64,000 bases of DNA from Verrucomicrobiales bacterium (GTDB taxonomy: Bacteria > Verrucomicrobiota > Verrucomicrobiia > Verrucomicrobiales > DEV007): positions 15,322 through 79,321 of the forward strand of contig JAEUHI010000073.1 in NCBI GenBank assembly GCA_016795385.1, given 5' to 3'. This document shows, in pieces, positions 49,480 through 58,015 of this stretch (within the stretch, counting starts at the first letter, position 1; each line of letters starts with the position of its first letter). The translations under genes were made by a program, and so were the position numbers. The notes under the pieces were generated by a model. The model was not told the DNA's origin and did no database searches. It was given only the letters and a program-made list of their open reading frames with translations.

Positions 49480-52122
49480 GTGCACGACCTTTCCCTCATC
49501 TCCACGATCGCCGCGGGCTTCACCGCCGCTTGGCTCCTTGGCCTGCTTACGCAGAAACTGAAGCTGTCACCGATCGTCGGGTATCTTCTAGCCGGCGTCC
49601 TCATTGGGCCTCATTCGCCCGGTTTCGTCGGCGATGTTGGCATCGCCACCCAGCTTGCCGAGGTGGGGGTGATCCTGCTGATGTTCGGAGTAGGGCTTCA
49701 TTTCCATCTCAAGGACCTCATCGCCGTCCGCAAAATCGCCATTCCCGGTGCCGTCGGTCAGAGCATCCTCGCAACAATCGCGGCGATGGTCATCTTCCAC
49801 GAGTTCGGGATGTCATGGTCGACGGGAGCCGTCATTGGCATGGCCATGGCCGTGGCGAGTACGGTCGTTCTCATGCGGATCCTCATGGATGCGAACGCTC
49901 TGAATACTCCCGAGGGGCATGTCGCGGTCGGGTGGCTCATCGTCGAGGATATCTTCACCGTCGTCCTCCTCGTCCTCATCCCGGTGCTGGGCGATGGCGG
50001 AGGCGGAGCGGGTGCCGCAGGCCACGCCCATGCTTCCTCCGGACCGATCTGGTGGACCCTTGGCATCGCCCTGTTGAAACTGGCCATCCTCGTTTTCGTC
50101 GTGCTCTGGGCCGGGTCCCGCATCATCCCCCGGCTCCTCGTGCGCGTCGCGCGGTTGCGTTCGCGCGAACTTTTCACCCTCACCGTGCTCGTCTTTTCGA
50201 TCGCGGTGGCGGCGTCGTCCTACTTCTTCTTCGGAGCCTCCATGGCCCTCGGTGCGTTCCTCGCCGGCATGGTCGTGGCCCAGTCGCCGGTCGCCAATCA
50301 GGCCGCCGCCGACGCCCTGCCCATGCGCGATGCCTTCGCCGTGCTCTTCTTCGTCTCCGTGGGGATGCTTTTTGATCCGAAGTTCCTCATCGAGGAGCCT
50401 TTCATGGTGCTCGGGGCGCTCGGCGTCATCCTCATCGTGAAGCCGCTCGCCGCCCTTCTCATTGTCGCCGTGTTAGGGTACTCCGTCAGGACCGCCCTCA
50501 CCGTCGCCCTCGCCCTCGCCCAGATCGGGGAATTCTCCTTCATCCTCTCGGAGCTCGCACGCCAGCACGGTCTGATGCCCGATGCCGGGCACAATGTGCT
50601 CGTCGCCTCGGCGATCATCTCGATCACCCTGAATCCCCTGATCTTCCGGAACGTGCCCCGCATCGAGAATTGGCTGCGGGGACGTCCCGCTCTCTGGCGT
50701 CTCTTGAACGGTCGCGCCGAGCGCCGCGCCGCCGCCGGATTCCGCGATCTGCCCGAGGCCGGCGGGCACGGGCACGGACATCGGGAGGGCGACGGTCCTT
50801 TCGCGATGATTATCGGATACGGCCCGGTCGGCCGCACCGTGCATCGCGTGGTCGAGGAGGCGGGCATCCCCTCCGTCGTCATCGACATGAACATGGACAC
50901 CGTGGCTTCGCTCAAAGCCGCTGGCAAAAATGCCATTTTCGGTGATGCCTCGAACGAACGCATTCTCGAGGAGGCGGGAATCAAGAGCGCCTCCCACCTC
51001 GTCATCACCCTGCCCGATGCCGGTCACCGTGCCGCCATCATCACCGCCGCGAAGAACATCCACGAGGAAATCCGCATTGTCGTGCGCGCCCGTTACCTGC
51101 GCGAGCGCGAAGAGCTCGACCAGAGCGGCGTCACCGCCGCCGTCTTCGAGGAAGCCGAGGCCGCCGTCGCCCTTGCCCGCCTCGTTCTCGCCGGCACCGG
51201 CGTGCATCGCGATGCCGCCCATGTGAAACTCGAGGAGATCCGTTTCCAGCTCGCCCTCGAGACCTTTCCCGACCTGCGGCGTCTCCGCGTCCGCTCCGCC
51301 CTCGTGCCGTGGTCGCGCGTGAATTTCCTTTCCACCGAACTCGACCGCGCTGCCGCCGTCGAGCGTCTCTCCCGCTCGCCGCATCGCCTCTGGCCCGTCT
51401 ATTCGCCCGAGCAGCGACGTCCCATCGGCTACCTCGTCGCCCGGGATCTCCTGGCCGACACCGGCACGGGAGACTGGACCTCCCTGGTCCGCCCCATTTC
51501 CTCGGCGCGCCCCGAGGAAACCGTTGGCGAGGTCTTCACCCGTCTCTGCGAAACGAACCAGAAGATCTGTCTCGTCGGCGAGGGCAAATCCATCCTCGGC
51601 ATCGTCACGCGCGGTCATCTCCTCGACCGCGTCGAGGGCGACTTTGCCAAGGGCACCTCCGGCCCCACGCCCGCGCGACTCGAGGAGGCGGTGGTGAGGG
51701 GCGGGATCGTCTCCGTCCTCGAGGCGACCACGCGCGAGGAGGCCATCCTCGAGCTGGCCGGGGCGGTTCCTCCCGGAACCCTTCCCGAGGGCATTGATGC
51801 CGGGGCCATCTCCGATCTCGTCCTTGCCCGGGAGGCCGAGATCTCCACCGATCTCGGCAACGGCATTGCCCTGCCGCACGCGCGATGCGAAGGACTCGTC
51901 GATCCCGTTGTTGTCGTCGGTCATTCGCACGAGGGCATCGCCTGGTCCGACGAGGAGCACGGTGCCGTGCGGCTCTTCTTCCTCCTCGTCACTCCCACCG
52001 ACCGCCCCGAGGCCCACCTCGCCATGCTCAGCCAGATCGCCCGGCTCGTCGCCGATGAGGGCAAACGCGAGGCGCTGCTCGCGGCGACGACGCCGGTGGA
52101 GTTTTTGGAGGCGATGGGGTGA
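49480..52122 (+). CDS. CPA2 (Kef-type) cation:proton antiporter fused to RCK/TrkA-N, a CBS pair and a PTS EIIA(Ntr)-type domain
   Basis: Membrane domain LSPIVGYLLAGVLIGP... of about 390 aa. Rossmann IIGYGPVGRTV. CBS-pair-like region (...IGYLVARDLL / ILGIVTRGHLLDRV). C-terminal EIIA-2 fold with the His loop DLGNGIALPHARC. Confidence 0.8.
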   Translation: MHDLSLISTIAAGFTAAWLLGLLTQKLKLSPIVGYLLAGVLIGPHSPGFVGDVGIATQLAEVGVILLMFGVGLHFHLKDLIAVRKIAIPGAVGQSILATIAAMVIFHEFGMSWSTGAVIGMAMAVASTVVLMRILMDANALNTPEGHVAVGWLIVEDIFTVVLLVLIPVLGDGGGGAGAAGHAHASSGPIWWTLGIALLKLAILVFVVLWAGSRIIPRLLVRVARLRSRELFTLTVLVFSIAVAASSYFFFGASMALGAFLAGMVVAQSPVANQAAADALPMRDAFAVLFFVSVGMLFDPKFLIEEPFMVLGALGVILIVKPLAALLIVAVLGYSVRTALTVALALAQIGEFSFILSELARQHGLMPDAGHNVLVASAIISITLNPLIFRNVPRIENWLRGRPALWRLLNGRAERRAAAGFRDLPEAGGHGHGHREGDGPFAMIIGYGPVGRTVHRVVEEAGIPSVVIDMNMDTVASLKAAGKNAIFGDASNERILEEAGIKSASHLVITLPDAGHRAAIITAAKNIHEEIRIVVRARYLREREELDQSGVTAAVFEEAEAAVALARLVLAGTGVHRDAAHVKLEEIRFQLALETFPDLRRLRVRSALVPWSRVNFLSTELDRAAAVERLSRSPHRLWPVYSPEQRRPIGYLVARDLLADTGTGDWTSLVRPISSARPEETVGEVFTRLCETNQKICLVGEGKSILGIVTRGHLLDRVEGDFAKGTSGPTPARLEEAVVRGGIVSVLEATTREEAILELAGAVPPGTLPEGIDAGAISDLVLAREAEISTDLGNGIALPHARCEGLVDPVVVVGHSHEGIAWSDEEHGAVRLFFLLVTPTDRPEAHLAMLSQIARLVADEGKREALLAATTPVEFLEAMG

Positions 52123-52166
52123 GGGGGAAGCGCCGTAATCAGCACCAAGAACCCTCCATCGACGGC

Positions 52167-52679
52167 TCACCGCCCCAGATCGTGCCAGTAGTCCCAGTCG
52201 AGCATCACGGTTTTGCGGACGGTGGGATTTGGGTCGGTCGAGAAATCAGCGCGACGTTGGATCGTGAGAAGCCACTTGTCTTTCCAATACAGGTCCTCGA
52301 CGCTGCTCGGCACGCCGATGGTGAAAGGCTTCCAACCCAGTTGCCCGAGCCGGTCCGCGAACCAGGCATCGGTGTCGTCGTGATTGCCGGGCAGCACCCA
52401 GGTGCGTTCCCAGCGGATGCGCAGTTTGGCCCCGCGCCACATGCTCTTACGCCCCTCGCCGGGGAAGGTTTTGAGCCCGTCATCATAGGGTTCGGCACCT
52501 TCGGGCAGACCGATTTCCTTGAGGATTCCCGGCCCTTCCTGCTCGGCGACGGCGAATTCGGCGGCAATGAGCGGCAGGTGCTTTTTGATATGCTGCCGCT
52601 GGAAAACGAGCAGCCCGACACCGATGACGGCGATCAGGATCAGTCCGGCAAAGGAACGGAGGGTGAGGCGGCGGTTCAT
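52167..52679 (-). CDS. membrane-anchored hypothetical protein (paralog of 52690..53163)
   Basis: N-terminal TM FAGLILIAVIGVGLLVF. C-terminal Trp-rich domain WFADRLGQLGWKPF...YWKDKWLLTIQ...MLDWD. Last gene of the minus-strand operon. Confidence 0.6.
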   Translation of the reverse strand: MNRRLTLRSFAGLILIAVIGVGLLVFQRQHIKKHLPLIAAEFAVAEQEGPGILKEIGLPEGAEPYDDGLKTFPGEGRKSMWRGAKLRIRWERTWVLPGNHDDTDAWFADRLGQLGWKPFTIGVPSSVEDLYWKDKWLLTIQRRADFSTDPNPTVRKTVMLDWDYWHDLGR

Positions 52680-52689
52680 GGGCGTGGAT

Positions 52690-53163
52690 TCAAAGAATCG
52701 AGGGATCGCGGGTCCACCGGATCTCGCGACGGAGACGGGGCGGATCGGATCGGGGATCGTGGATCAGGGAAAGGGTCCATTCGCCCTTCCGGAAGGTGGC
52801 TTTGTCAGGATGTTCTTCGGTCAGGATCCATTCGTCCGAGGGGAGTTTGCCCCGGTGCCAGGCGAGAAGGGCGGACAAGCCGTCTTTCGCGGCGAAGTCC
52901 TGTGTCCAGACGACCCAGGCTTCGTCGGCGTTGGAAAGATCGGGGTCGAGGGGGCCGCGTTCGACCTGAGGGTAGTCGAGCGGCTCGGCCGGAGATCCGG
53001 CGAGGGTGGCGAGGAGGGCTTCGCCATCGTAGTTCGCGGTGGCGAAGGCGGTCTCGCGGTCCCAGCGTTTCTGATTGGCGAGGAGGCCGGCGAGGGTGAC
53101 GGCGAGTCCTAACAGGAGGGAGCCTCCCACGAGCAGGATCAAAACGCGTTTCCGGTTCTTCAT
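52690..53163 (-). CDS. membrane-anchored hypothetical protein (paralog of 52167..52679)
   Basis: N-terminal TM VLILLVGGSLLLGLAVTLAGLL. C-terminal LLAWHRGKLPSDEWIL...FRKGEWTLSLI...IRWTRD aligns with the neighbouring gene. There is a 10-nt gap to the next gene. Confidence 0.6.
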   Translation of the reverse strand: MKNRKRVLILLVGGSLLLGLAVTLAGLLANQKRWDRETAFATANYDGEALLATLAGSPAEPLDYPQVERGPLDPDLSNADEAWVVWTQDFAAKDGLSALLAWHRGKLPSDEWILTEEHPDKATFRKGEWTLSLIHDPRSDPPRLRREIRWTRDPSIL

Positions 53164-53182
53164 TATGGGAGTTGTGGTTCTG

Positions 53183-54406
53183 TCAGGCTGCCTCGGTGCC
53201 GACGAGGATTTCGTGATCGCTGGTGAGGAGCGTCTTTGCCGAGACGCGGCGCTCGATACGGATGAACCACGAGACGAGGTCCGCGGAGGAAGCGGTCTTT
53301 TGTCCGGACTTCTGCAGGGGCACCGACTTGCAGGTGCGGCGGGCGTCGCGCGGCATCCGGAGTTCGAGGGAGAATTCGGTGGCCTCGCGGACGAGGAGGT
53401 CTTTCCGCTCGGCGAGGATCTCTTTCCGTGCGGGCGGTTTGCCGGGGATCCCGTTGATCTCGCAGACGAGGGAGATGGTGTAGTCGAGGGCTTTCAAGGG
53501 TCCGTCCTGGCGCACGTAGAGAGAGGTGCTGTCGCCCGGACGGAGTTGGGTGGCGTTGACCTCGACGACGGGCTCGGGCAGGGCGACCCAGCGGAGGTTC
53601 ACGAGGAAGGCCCAGAGGAACAGGATCGTGACGAGGGCGGCAAAGAAGGCGACCCAATACCATCCGTTCATGTTGAATCCGAGGACGGAGCTGATCCAGC
53701 GATACTTGTAGACTTCGTCCTGATAATCGAGGGCGGCGAGAGTGAAGCCGCAGGTGAGCAGGGCGGTGAGAACCATGAAAGCGCCGAGGCATCCGGTCAT
53801 GGCGCGCTGCGATGCGATCACGGGCAGGCGCCAGGATAGACGGCGGCCCTTTTCGACCCCTTTCAATTTCGGCGGCACGGCGCGGCGGAAGCACTCGCGC
53901 AGGAGGAGACCGCTGAATCCCATGAAACAGACCGGCCAGGCGAGGAGCCAGTAAAAGTGGGGATTGAAACGTCGCGAGAGCACGGCCTTCTTCGGGGCGG
54001 CGGGATCATACCAGCACGGGAGGCGGTCTCCGGCGCTGATGAGATTCCATTCGGAGGAGGGGGCTTCCCGTCCGCCATAGGCATCGTATCCGCGGGTGGT
54101 GATGACCTGGCCCTCTTTCGTGGTGAAACGGAAGACGTAGGAGGGGCGGGTGGAGCGATCGACCCGTTTGCCGGGCCGCGTATCGTAGCCTGAATTGATC
54201 GGAATGAATTCGATGATCTCCGCTTCGCTCGCAACGTAGACCTTGGCGACGCGGTAATCGCGGATGGCCTGCAAGGTGACGGGAATGAGACCGGCGCAGC
54301 CGATCAGGAAAAACACGGCCAGGACTCCGGCGAAGCGCATCGTCGCGGGGACTGGCCTGGAGGCGGTGGCGTCGGAGGACCGGGATTCAACAGGGTCGGG
54401 TGTCAT
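53183..54406 (-). CDS. polytopic membrane protein with DUF3592-like N-terminal module and an uncharacterised C-terminal beta-rich domain
   Basis: TM - beta region - TM pattern with PSYVFRFTTKEGQVITTRGYDAY and LPCWYDPAAPKKAVL, which is DUF3592-like. Three further TM segments follow, then about 140 aa of soluble tail. An alternative start is at MRFAGVL (M23). Confidence 0.6.
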   Translation of the reverse strand: MTPDPVESRSSDATASRPVPATMRFAGVLAVFFLIGCAGLIPVTLQAIRDYRVAKVYVASEAEIIEFIPINSGYDTRPGKRVDRSTRPSYVFRFTTKEGQVITTRGYDAYGGREAPSSEWNLISAGDRLPCWYDPAAPKKAVLSRRFNPHFYWLLAWPVCFMGFSGLLLRECFRRAVPPKLKGVEKGRRLSWRLPVIASQRAMTGCLGAFMVLTALLTCGFTLAALDYQDEVYKYRWISSVLGFNMNGWYWVAFFAALVTILFLWAFLVNLRWVALPEPVVEVNATQLRPGDSTSLYVRQDGPLKALDYTISLVCEINGIPGKPPARKEILAERKDLLVREATEFSLELRMPRDARRTCKSVPLQKSGQKTASSADLVSWFIRIERRVSAKTLLTSDHEILVGTEAA

Positions 54407-54430
54407 GCCATACCCTGTCGGTCCGATGGA

Positions 54431-54465
54431 GGGATCCCGCTATGGGACAAAGGTCGGATACGCCG
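54431..54465 (-). promoter_or_regulatory. shared upstream motif, copy A (25 nt upstream of the DUF3592-like gene ATG)
   Basis: Plus strand GGGATCCCGCTATGGGACAAAGGTCGGATACGCCGG. 25 of 35 positions are identical to copy B, with cores TATGGGAC and AAGGTC. The first 12 nt match copy C at 11 of 12. Confidence 0.5.
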
Positions 54466-54475
54466 GCGCTCCCGA

Positions 54476-55147
54476 TTACTTCGCGGAATGACGGGCGAGG
54501 GCCTCGACCGCGACGAGGGAGGCGGAGGTGCGGTTTTCGACGCCGAGCTTTTCGAAAATGTTGCCAAGGTGCTGCTTCACTGTTTTTTCGCTGCAGCCGA
54601 GGATGGCGGAGACGTCGCCGTTGCTTTTTCCCTGGGCGACCCAGAGGAGGACTTCGGCCTCGCGGGCGGTGAGTCCGAGGTTTTGTTGGAGAGGGGCGGG
54701 CGAGGAGAAGTCGGGGAGGTTGCCGGTGGCACCGGTGCCGCCGAGTTCACGATAGTGTTCCCCCTGGGCCTCGGCGCGGGCGAGCCGTGCTTCGATCGCG
54801 GCGAGGAGGTCTTCGCGGACGATGGGTTTGGTGAGGTAGTCGTCGGCGCCGAAATTCATGCCGACGCGGATGTCGGACTTCTCTCCCTTGGCGGTGAGGA
54901 AAAGAAAGGGCGTGGTGGCAAAGGCGGCGTCCTCCCGCAAGGTCTGGACGACGGTGTAGCCATCCATCTCGGGCATCATGATGTCGCAGAGGATGACGTC
55001 GGGTCTTTCACTGCGGGCGGTATCGACTCCGACGCGACCGTTTTCGGCGGTGACCACTTCAAAACCTTCCATCTCGAGGAGAAGTGCGAGATTCCGGCGC
55101 ATCATGCCCTGGTCTTCGACGATGAGGATTTTTTTCTTGGGGGTCAT
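54476..55147 (-). CDS. response regulator, REC + LuxR/FixJ-type HTH (NarL family)
   Basis: REC: KILIVEDQ...VILCDIMMPEMDG...LTAKG...DDYLTKP. HTH: LTAREAEVLLWVAQGKSNGDVSAILGCSEKTVKQHLGNIFEKLGV. Confidence 0.9.
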   Translation of the reverse strand: MTPKKKILIVEDQGMMRRNLALLLEMEGFEVVTAENGRVGVDTARSERPDVILCDIMMPEMDGYTVVQTLREDAAFATTPFLFLTAKGEKSDIRVGMNFGADDYLTKPIVREDLLAAIEARLARAEAQGEHYRELGGTGATGNLPDFSSPAPLQQNLGLTAREAEVLLWVAQGKSNGDVSAILGCSEKTVKQHLGNIFEKLGVENRTSASLVAVEALARHSAK

Positions 55148-55174
55148 CGGCCCGGATGGTTTGGTTGAACCGCT

Positions 55175-55206
55175 GGAATCCCGCTACTTTGGTAGGGTTG
55201 GTCGAT
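55175..55206 (-). promoter_or_regulatory. shared upstream motif, copy C (28 nt upstream of the LuxR-type regulator ATG; also faces the divergent globin gene)
   Basis: GGAATCCCGCTA (11 of 12 with copy A), followed by ...GGTCGAT, compared with GGTCGGAT in A. The middle part has diverged. Confidence 0.35.
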
Positions 55207-55241
55207 TAAGCAACTATTTCCCTGAATAGGACTAAAGGCGG

Positions 55242-55745
55242 ATGGCAGATGCAGCTTTTGAAGCGTATACCACGGTAATGACTCCTGATCAGATTCATCT
55301 GTTGCGGCGCTCCTACGCCAAGCTCGAGCCCCATGCCTCGATCGCGGCGCTGGCTTTCTACCGGCGTCTCTTCGAGCTGGCGCCCCAGGTGCGTCCGCTC
55401 TTCAAGGATGACATCGAATCGCAGGCGACGAAGCTGATGGACATGATCGGTCTCGCGGTGAGCCTCACGGACCGGCCCGAAAGTCTCGAGGGCGACCTGA
55501 GGGATCTCGGGGCGCGGCATCTCGACTATGGTGCCGAGGATGCCCATTACGCGGTGGTCGGCGCTGCCATTCTCGACATGCTCGCCGAAGTGCTCGGCGA
55601 CGAGTTCACGCCCGCGACGAAAGCGGCTTGGCTGGAATTCTACGGCCTCGTCTCGGGGAAGATGCTGGAAGGCGCGGCGGCGGCGCGCGTCGATCGGGCG
55701 AACTCCGGATCGGAGCCGTCAAAGGCCCCGGTGCCGGGGAAATGA
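55242..55745 (+). CDS. stand-alone globin (single-domain, sensor-globin-like)
   Basis: LTPDQIHLLRRSYAKLEPHASIAALAFYRRLFELAPQVRPLF is a typical bacterial globin A-C helix region. Proximal-His context LGARHLDYGAEDAHYAVVG. No fused output domain. Confidence 0.8.
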   Translation: MADAAFEAYTTVMTPDQIHLLRRSYAKLEPHASIAALAFYRRLFELAPQVRPLFKDDIESQATKLMDMIGLAVSLTDRPESLEGDLRDLGARHLDYGAEDAHYAVVGAAILDMLAEVLGDEFTPATKAAWLEFYGLVSGKMLEGAAAARVDRANSGSEPSKAPVPGK

Positions 55746-55749
55746 TCGG

Positions 55750-57978
55750 TTACTTCGGATCGAGCGGCAGCGTAACGTGGAAGGTCGTGCCCTGACCGAC
55801 TTCCGATTCGAAGGAAACTCGGCCGAGGTGGATCTCGACGCAACGCTTGACGAGGAGCAGCCCCAGACCCGTCCCGGAGATCTCGCCCACATTCCGGGCG
55901 CGATGAAAGGCCTCGAAGAGGTGGTGCTGGTCCTCCAAGGGGATGCCGATGCCTTGGTCGCGAATGGAAAAGTGGACCTCGTCGCCCTCCCGCCGCACCG
56001 AGACCGCGACGGCGCGATCTTCGGGTGAATACTTCACGGCATTGGAGATCAGATTGCCGAGGATGAGGCGCACGAGGCTTTCATCGAGGATCGCCGGATG
56101 GAGATCCCCGTCGTATTCCTCGACGATGGGATTCGACCGTCCCGTCGAGCCCAGGATCTCGCCGCAGAGTTGATGCACGAGAGCGGGCAGATCCAGCGGC
56201 GTGGGACGCAGATTCATTTTCCCGGAGTCGGCGCGGCCGAGGATGAGGATCTGCTCCATCAGACCCGACATGCGCAGGGTGGCGGAAAAAATGTCATCGA
56301 GGAGATCGCCTTGTTTCTCATCGCTGAGCCGGGCGCGGTGGTGGCGGAGGAGTTCGAGCGCGCTCATCGTCATGCCGAGGGGCGTGCGGAATTCGTGCGA
56401 GACCATGGCGACGAAGCGGCTCTTGAGGAGTCCCAGTTCACGTTCCTGCCCGAGGGCGCGGTCGAGTTCGGTCTTGGCCGTTTCCAGTTCGGCGGTGCGA
56501 TCGCGGACGCGCTCTTCGAGGGTCGCATTCAGTTCGCGGACGGCGTTTTCCGCCTGCTCCGTGCGGGTGAGGGCGCGGCGCAGCGAGATCACCCAGAGGG
56601 AAAGGAGACCGACGAGGGCGAGGGTGATACCCCCGCCGATCCAGAGACGGCGATAAAAGAGATAAGGGGCGAGACCGCGGGAGACGGCGTCGCCCTTCGC
56701 CCTGATGAGGACATGCAGGGCTTTGCGATCGGGGCTGCCGGGGACGAGACCGGTCACCTCGATGAGGTCGTTCCGGTGGAAACCGCGATAAGGATCCGGC
56801 TCCTCGGAGTCGAAGTGGCAGGGGAGCAGTTTGGAGTCTTCTTCGAGGATCAGCGTGGTGCGGTATCGGCCGCCGCCGAGATCGCTCTGGCGTTTTTCGA
56901 GGAGGCGTGCCTTCAGCGAGACGATTTGGTTCGTCACGAGCCCTTCGAAGACTTCGGAGATGGTGGTGTTGATGGGTGCATGGCCGGCCTCTTCCGGAGA
57001 AAGGACGCGGACCTGGCAGAAGCGCAATCCCACGTCTTTCCCCGTGTCGGCGAGCACGCCGACGGCCTCGATTTCGTCGCCTTCGGAGACTCCGGGAAAC
57101 GGTGGCACGGGCGAGGCGAGGCCGGACGCCGGATCGGGTTTGTCCAGCGGGGAAAAGATCGCGATCCGGCAAGCCGCGCCCGCTTCGTCGCGGATGTAGA
57201 GATGATTCTGGGGAGAGACGTGGAGCACCACGCCGTGGACTTTGGCGAAGACCAGGGTTTTGGCATCGGCTTCCGCCAGCGCGGCGATCGGCGTGATGGG
57301 CAGGGAAAAGGGGTCTTCCCGGCCGAGATCGAGGATCAGGGTATGCTCCGGCGAAGCGACAAGGAGCGCCTGCATCGGAGTGAAGCTCTTGCCGCGGTTG
57401 ATTCCGCGGACCCGGATGCGGGCACCGATGAGGTCGGGGCGGAAACGCTCTTGCGACGATTGGAGAATCCGCGCGACGGCCCAGCCATCGCGGGCACCGA
57501 GGAGGATCTGGTGTTCGTCCCCACCCCAGGAGTGATCGAGGACGATGCCCTCGACGACGACCGATTGATCCCAATGGCTGAATTGTGCGATGTCGCCGAT
57601 CGATGATTGGATCGGATCGGGAGGTGCACCGAGATCCTCCTGTGTGAACGAACTGGCGTTGATCACGGCGAAAAATTTTCCACCATACCGGTTCGTGCCC
57701 GTCTTTCCCTCGACGACCCCGCGCGCGCCGACGGTGGGAGGCGGGAGGTCCGCGGGCAGATTCACCTGGATGCCGTGGCTACCGTCGTGAATCGTGAATC
57801 CAGAGGCCTCGGCAAAGAGCACGGTGCCCCTGAGACGCACGGGTTCCCCGGCTTCGAGACTCCGATCATCCAGAGCACGGATCGCCGCGACGCTCGACAG
57901 CGGAGCGTTGGCATCTTGTCCGGGCAAGGGCAGAACAGTGAGGACTGCCGCGAACGCGAGGATGGAAAGGGATCGCAT
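55750..57978 (-). CDS. sensor histidine kinase with a large (about 430 aa) uncharacterised periplasmic domain
   Basis: Signal/TM MRSLSILAFAAVLTVLPLPG. Second TM LWIGGGITLALVGLLSLWVISL. Coiled coil. H-box MVSHEFRTPL. N/G boxes NLISNAVKYS and GTGLGLLLVKRCVE. Confidence 0.9.
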   Translation of the reverse strand: MRSLSILAFAAVLTVLPLPGQDANAPLSSVAAIRALDDRSLEAGEPVRLRGTVLFAEASGFTIHDGSHGIQVNLPADLPPPTVGARGVVEGKTGTNRYGGKFFAVINASSFTQEDLGAPPDPIQSSIGDIAQFSHWDQSVVVEGIVLDHSWGGDEHQILLGARDGWAVARILQSSQERFRPDLIGARIRVRGINRGKSFTPMQALLVASPEHTLILDLGREDPFSLPITPIAALAEADAKTLVFAKVHGVVLHVSPQNHLYIRDEAGAACRIAIFSPLDKPDPASGLASPVPPFPGVSEGDEIEAVGVLADTGKDVGLRFCQVRVLSPEEAGHAPINTTISEVFEGLVTNQIVSLKARLLEKRQSDLGGGRYRTTLILEEDSKLLPCHFDSEEPDPYRGFHRNDLIEVTGLVPGSPDRKALHVLIRAKGDAVSRGLAPYLFYRRLWIGGGITLALVGLLSLWVISLRRALTRTEQAENAVRELNATLEERVRDRTAELETAKTELDRALGQERELGLLKSRFVAMVSHEFRTPLGMTMSALELLRHHRARLSDEKQGDLLDDIFSATLRMSGLMEQILILGRADSGKMNLRPTPLDLPALVHQLCGEILGSTGRSNPIVEEYDGDLHPAILDESLVRLILGNLISNAVKYSPEDRAVAVSVRREGDEVHFSIRDQGIGIPLEDQHHLFEAFHRARNVGEISGTGLGLLLVKRCVEIHLGRVSFESEVGQGTTFHVTLPLDPK

Positions 57979-58015
57979 CGGTGCGGAGCTTACACCTCTG
58001 TCGCGGGGTGGCGAC

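Noticed and set aside
53161-53182. TATGGGAG between the DUF3592-like gene and the first small paralog, as a fourth copy of the shared motif
   Set aside because: Only 7 nt match, the flanking motif halves are absent, and the 19-nt spacer is too short for a promoter.
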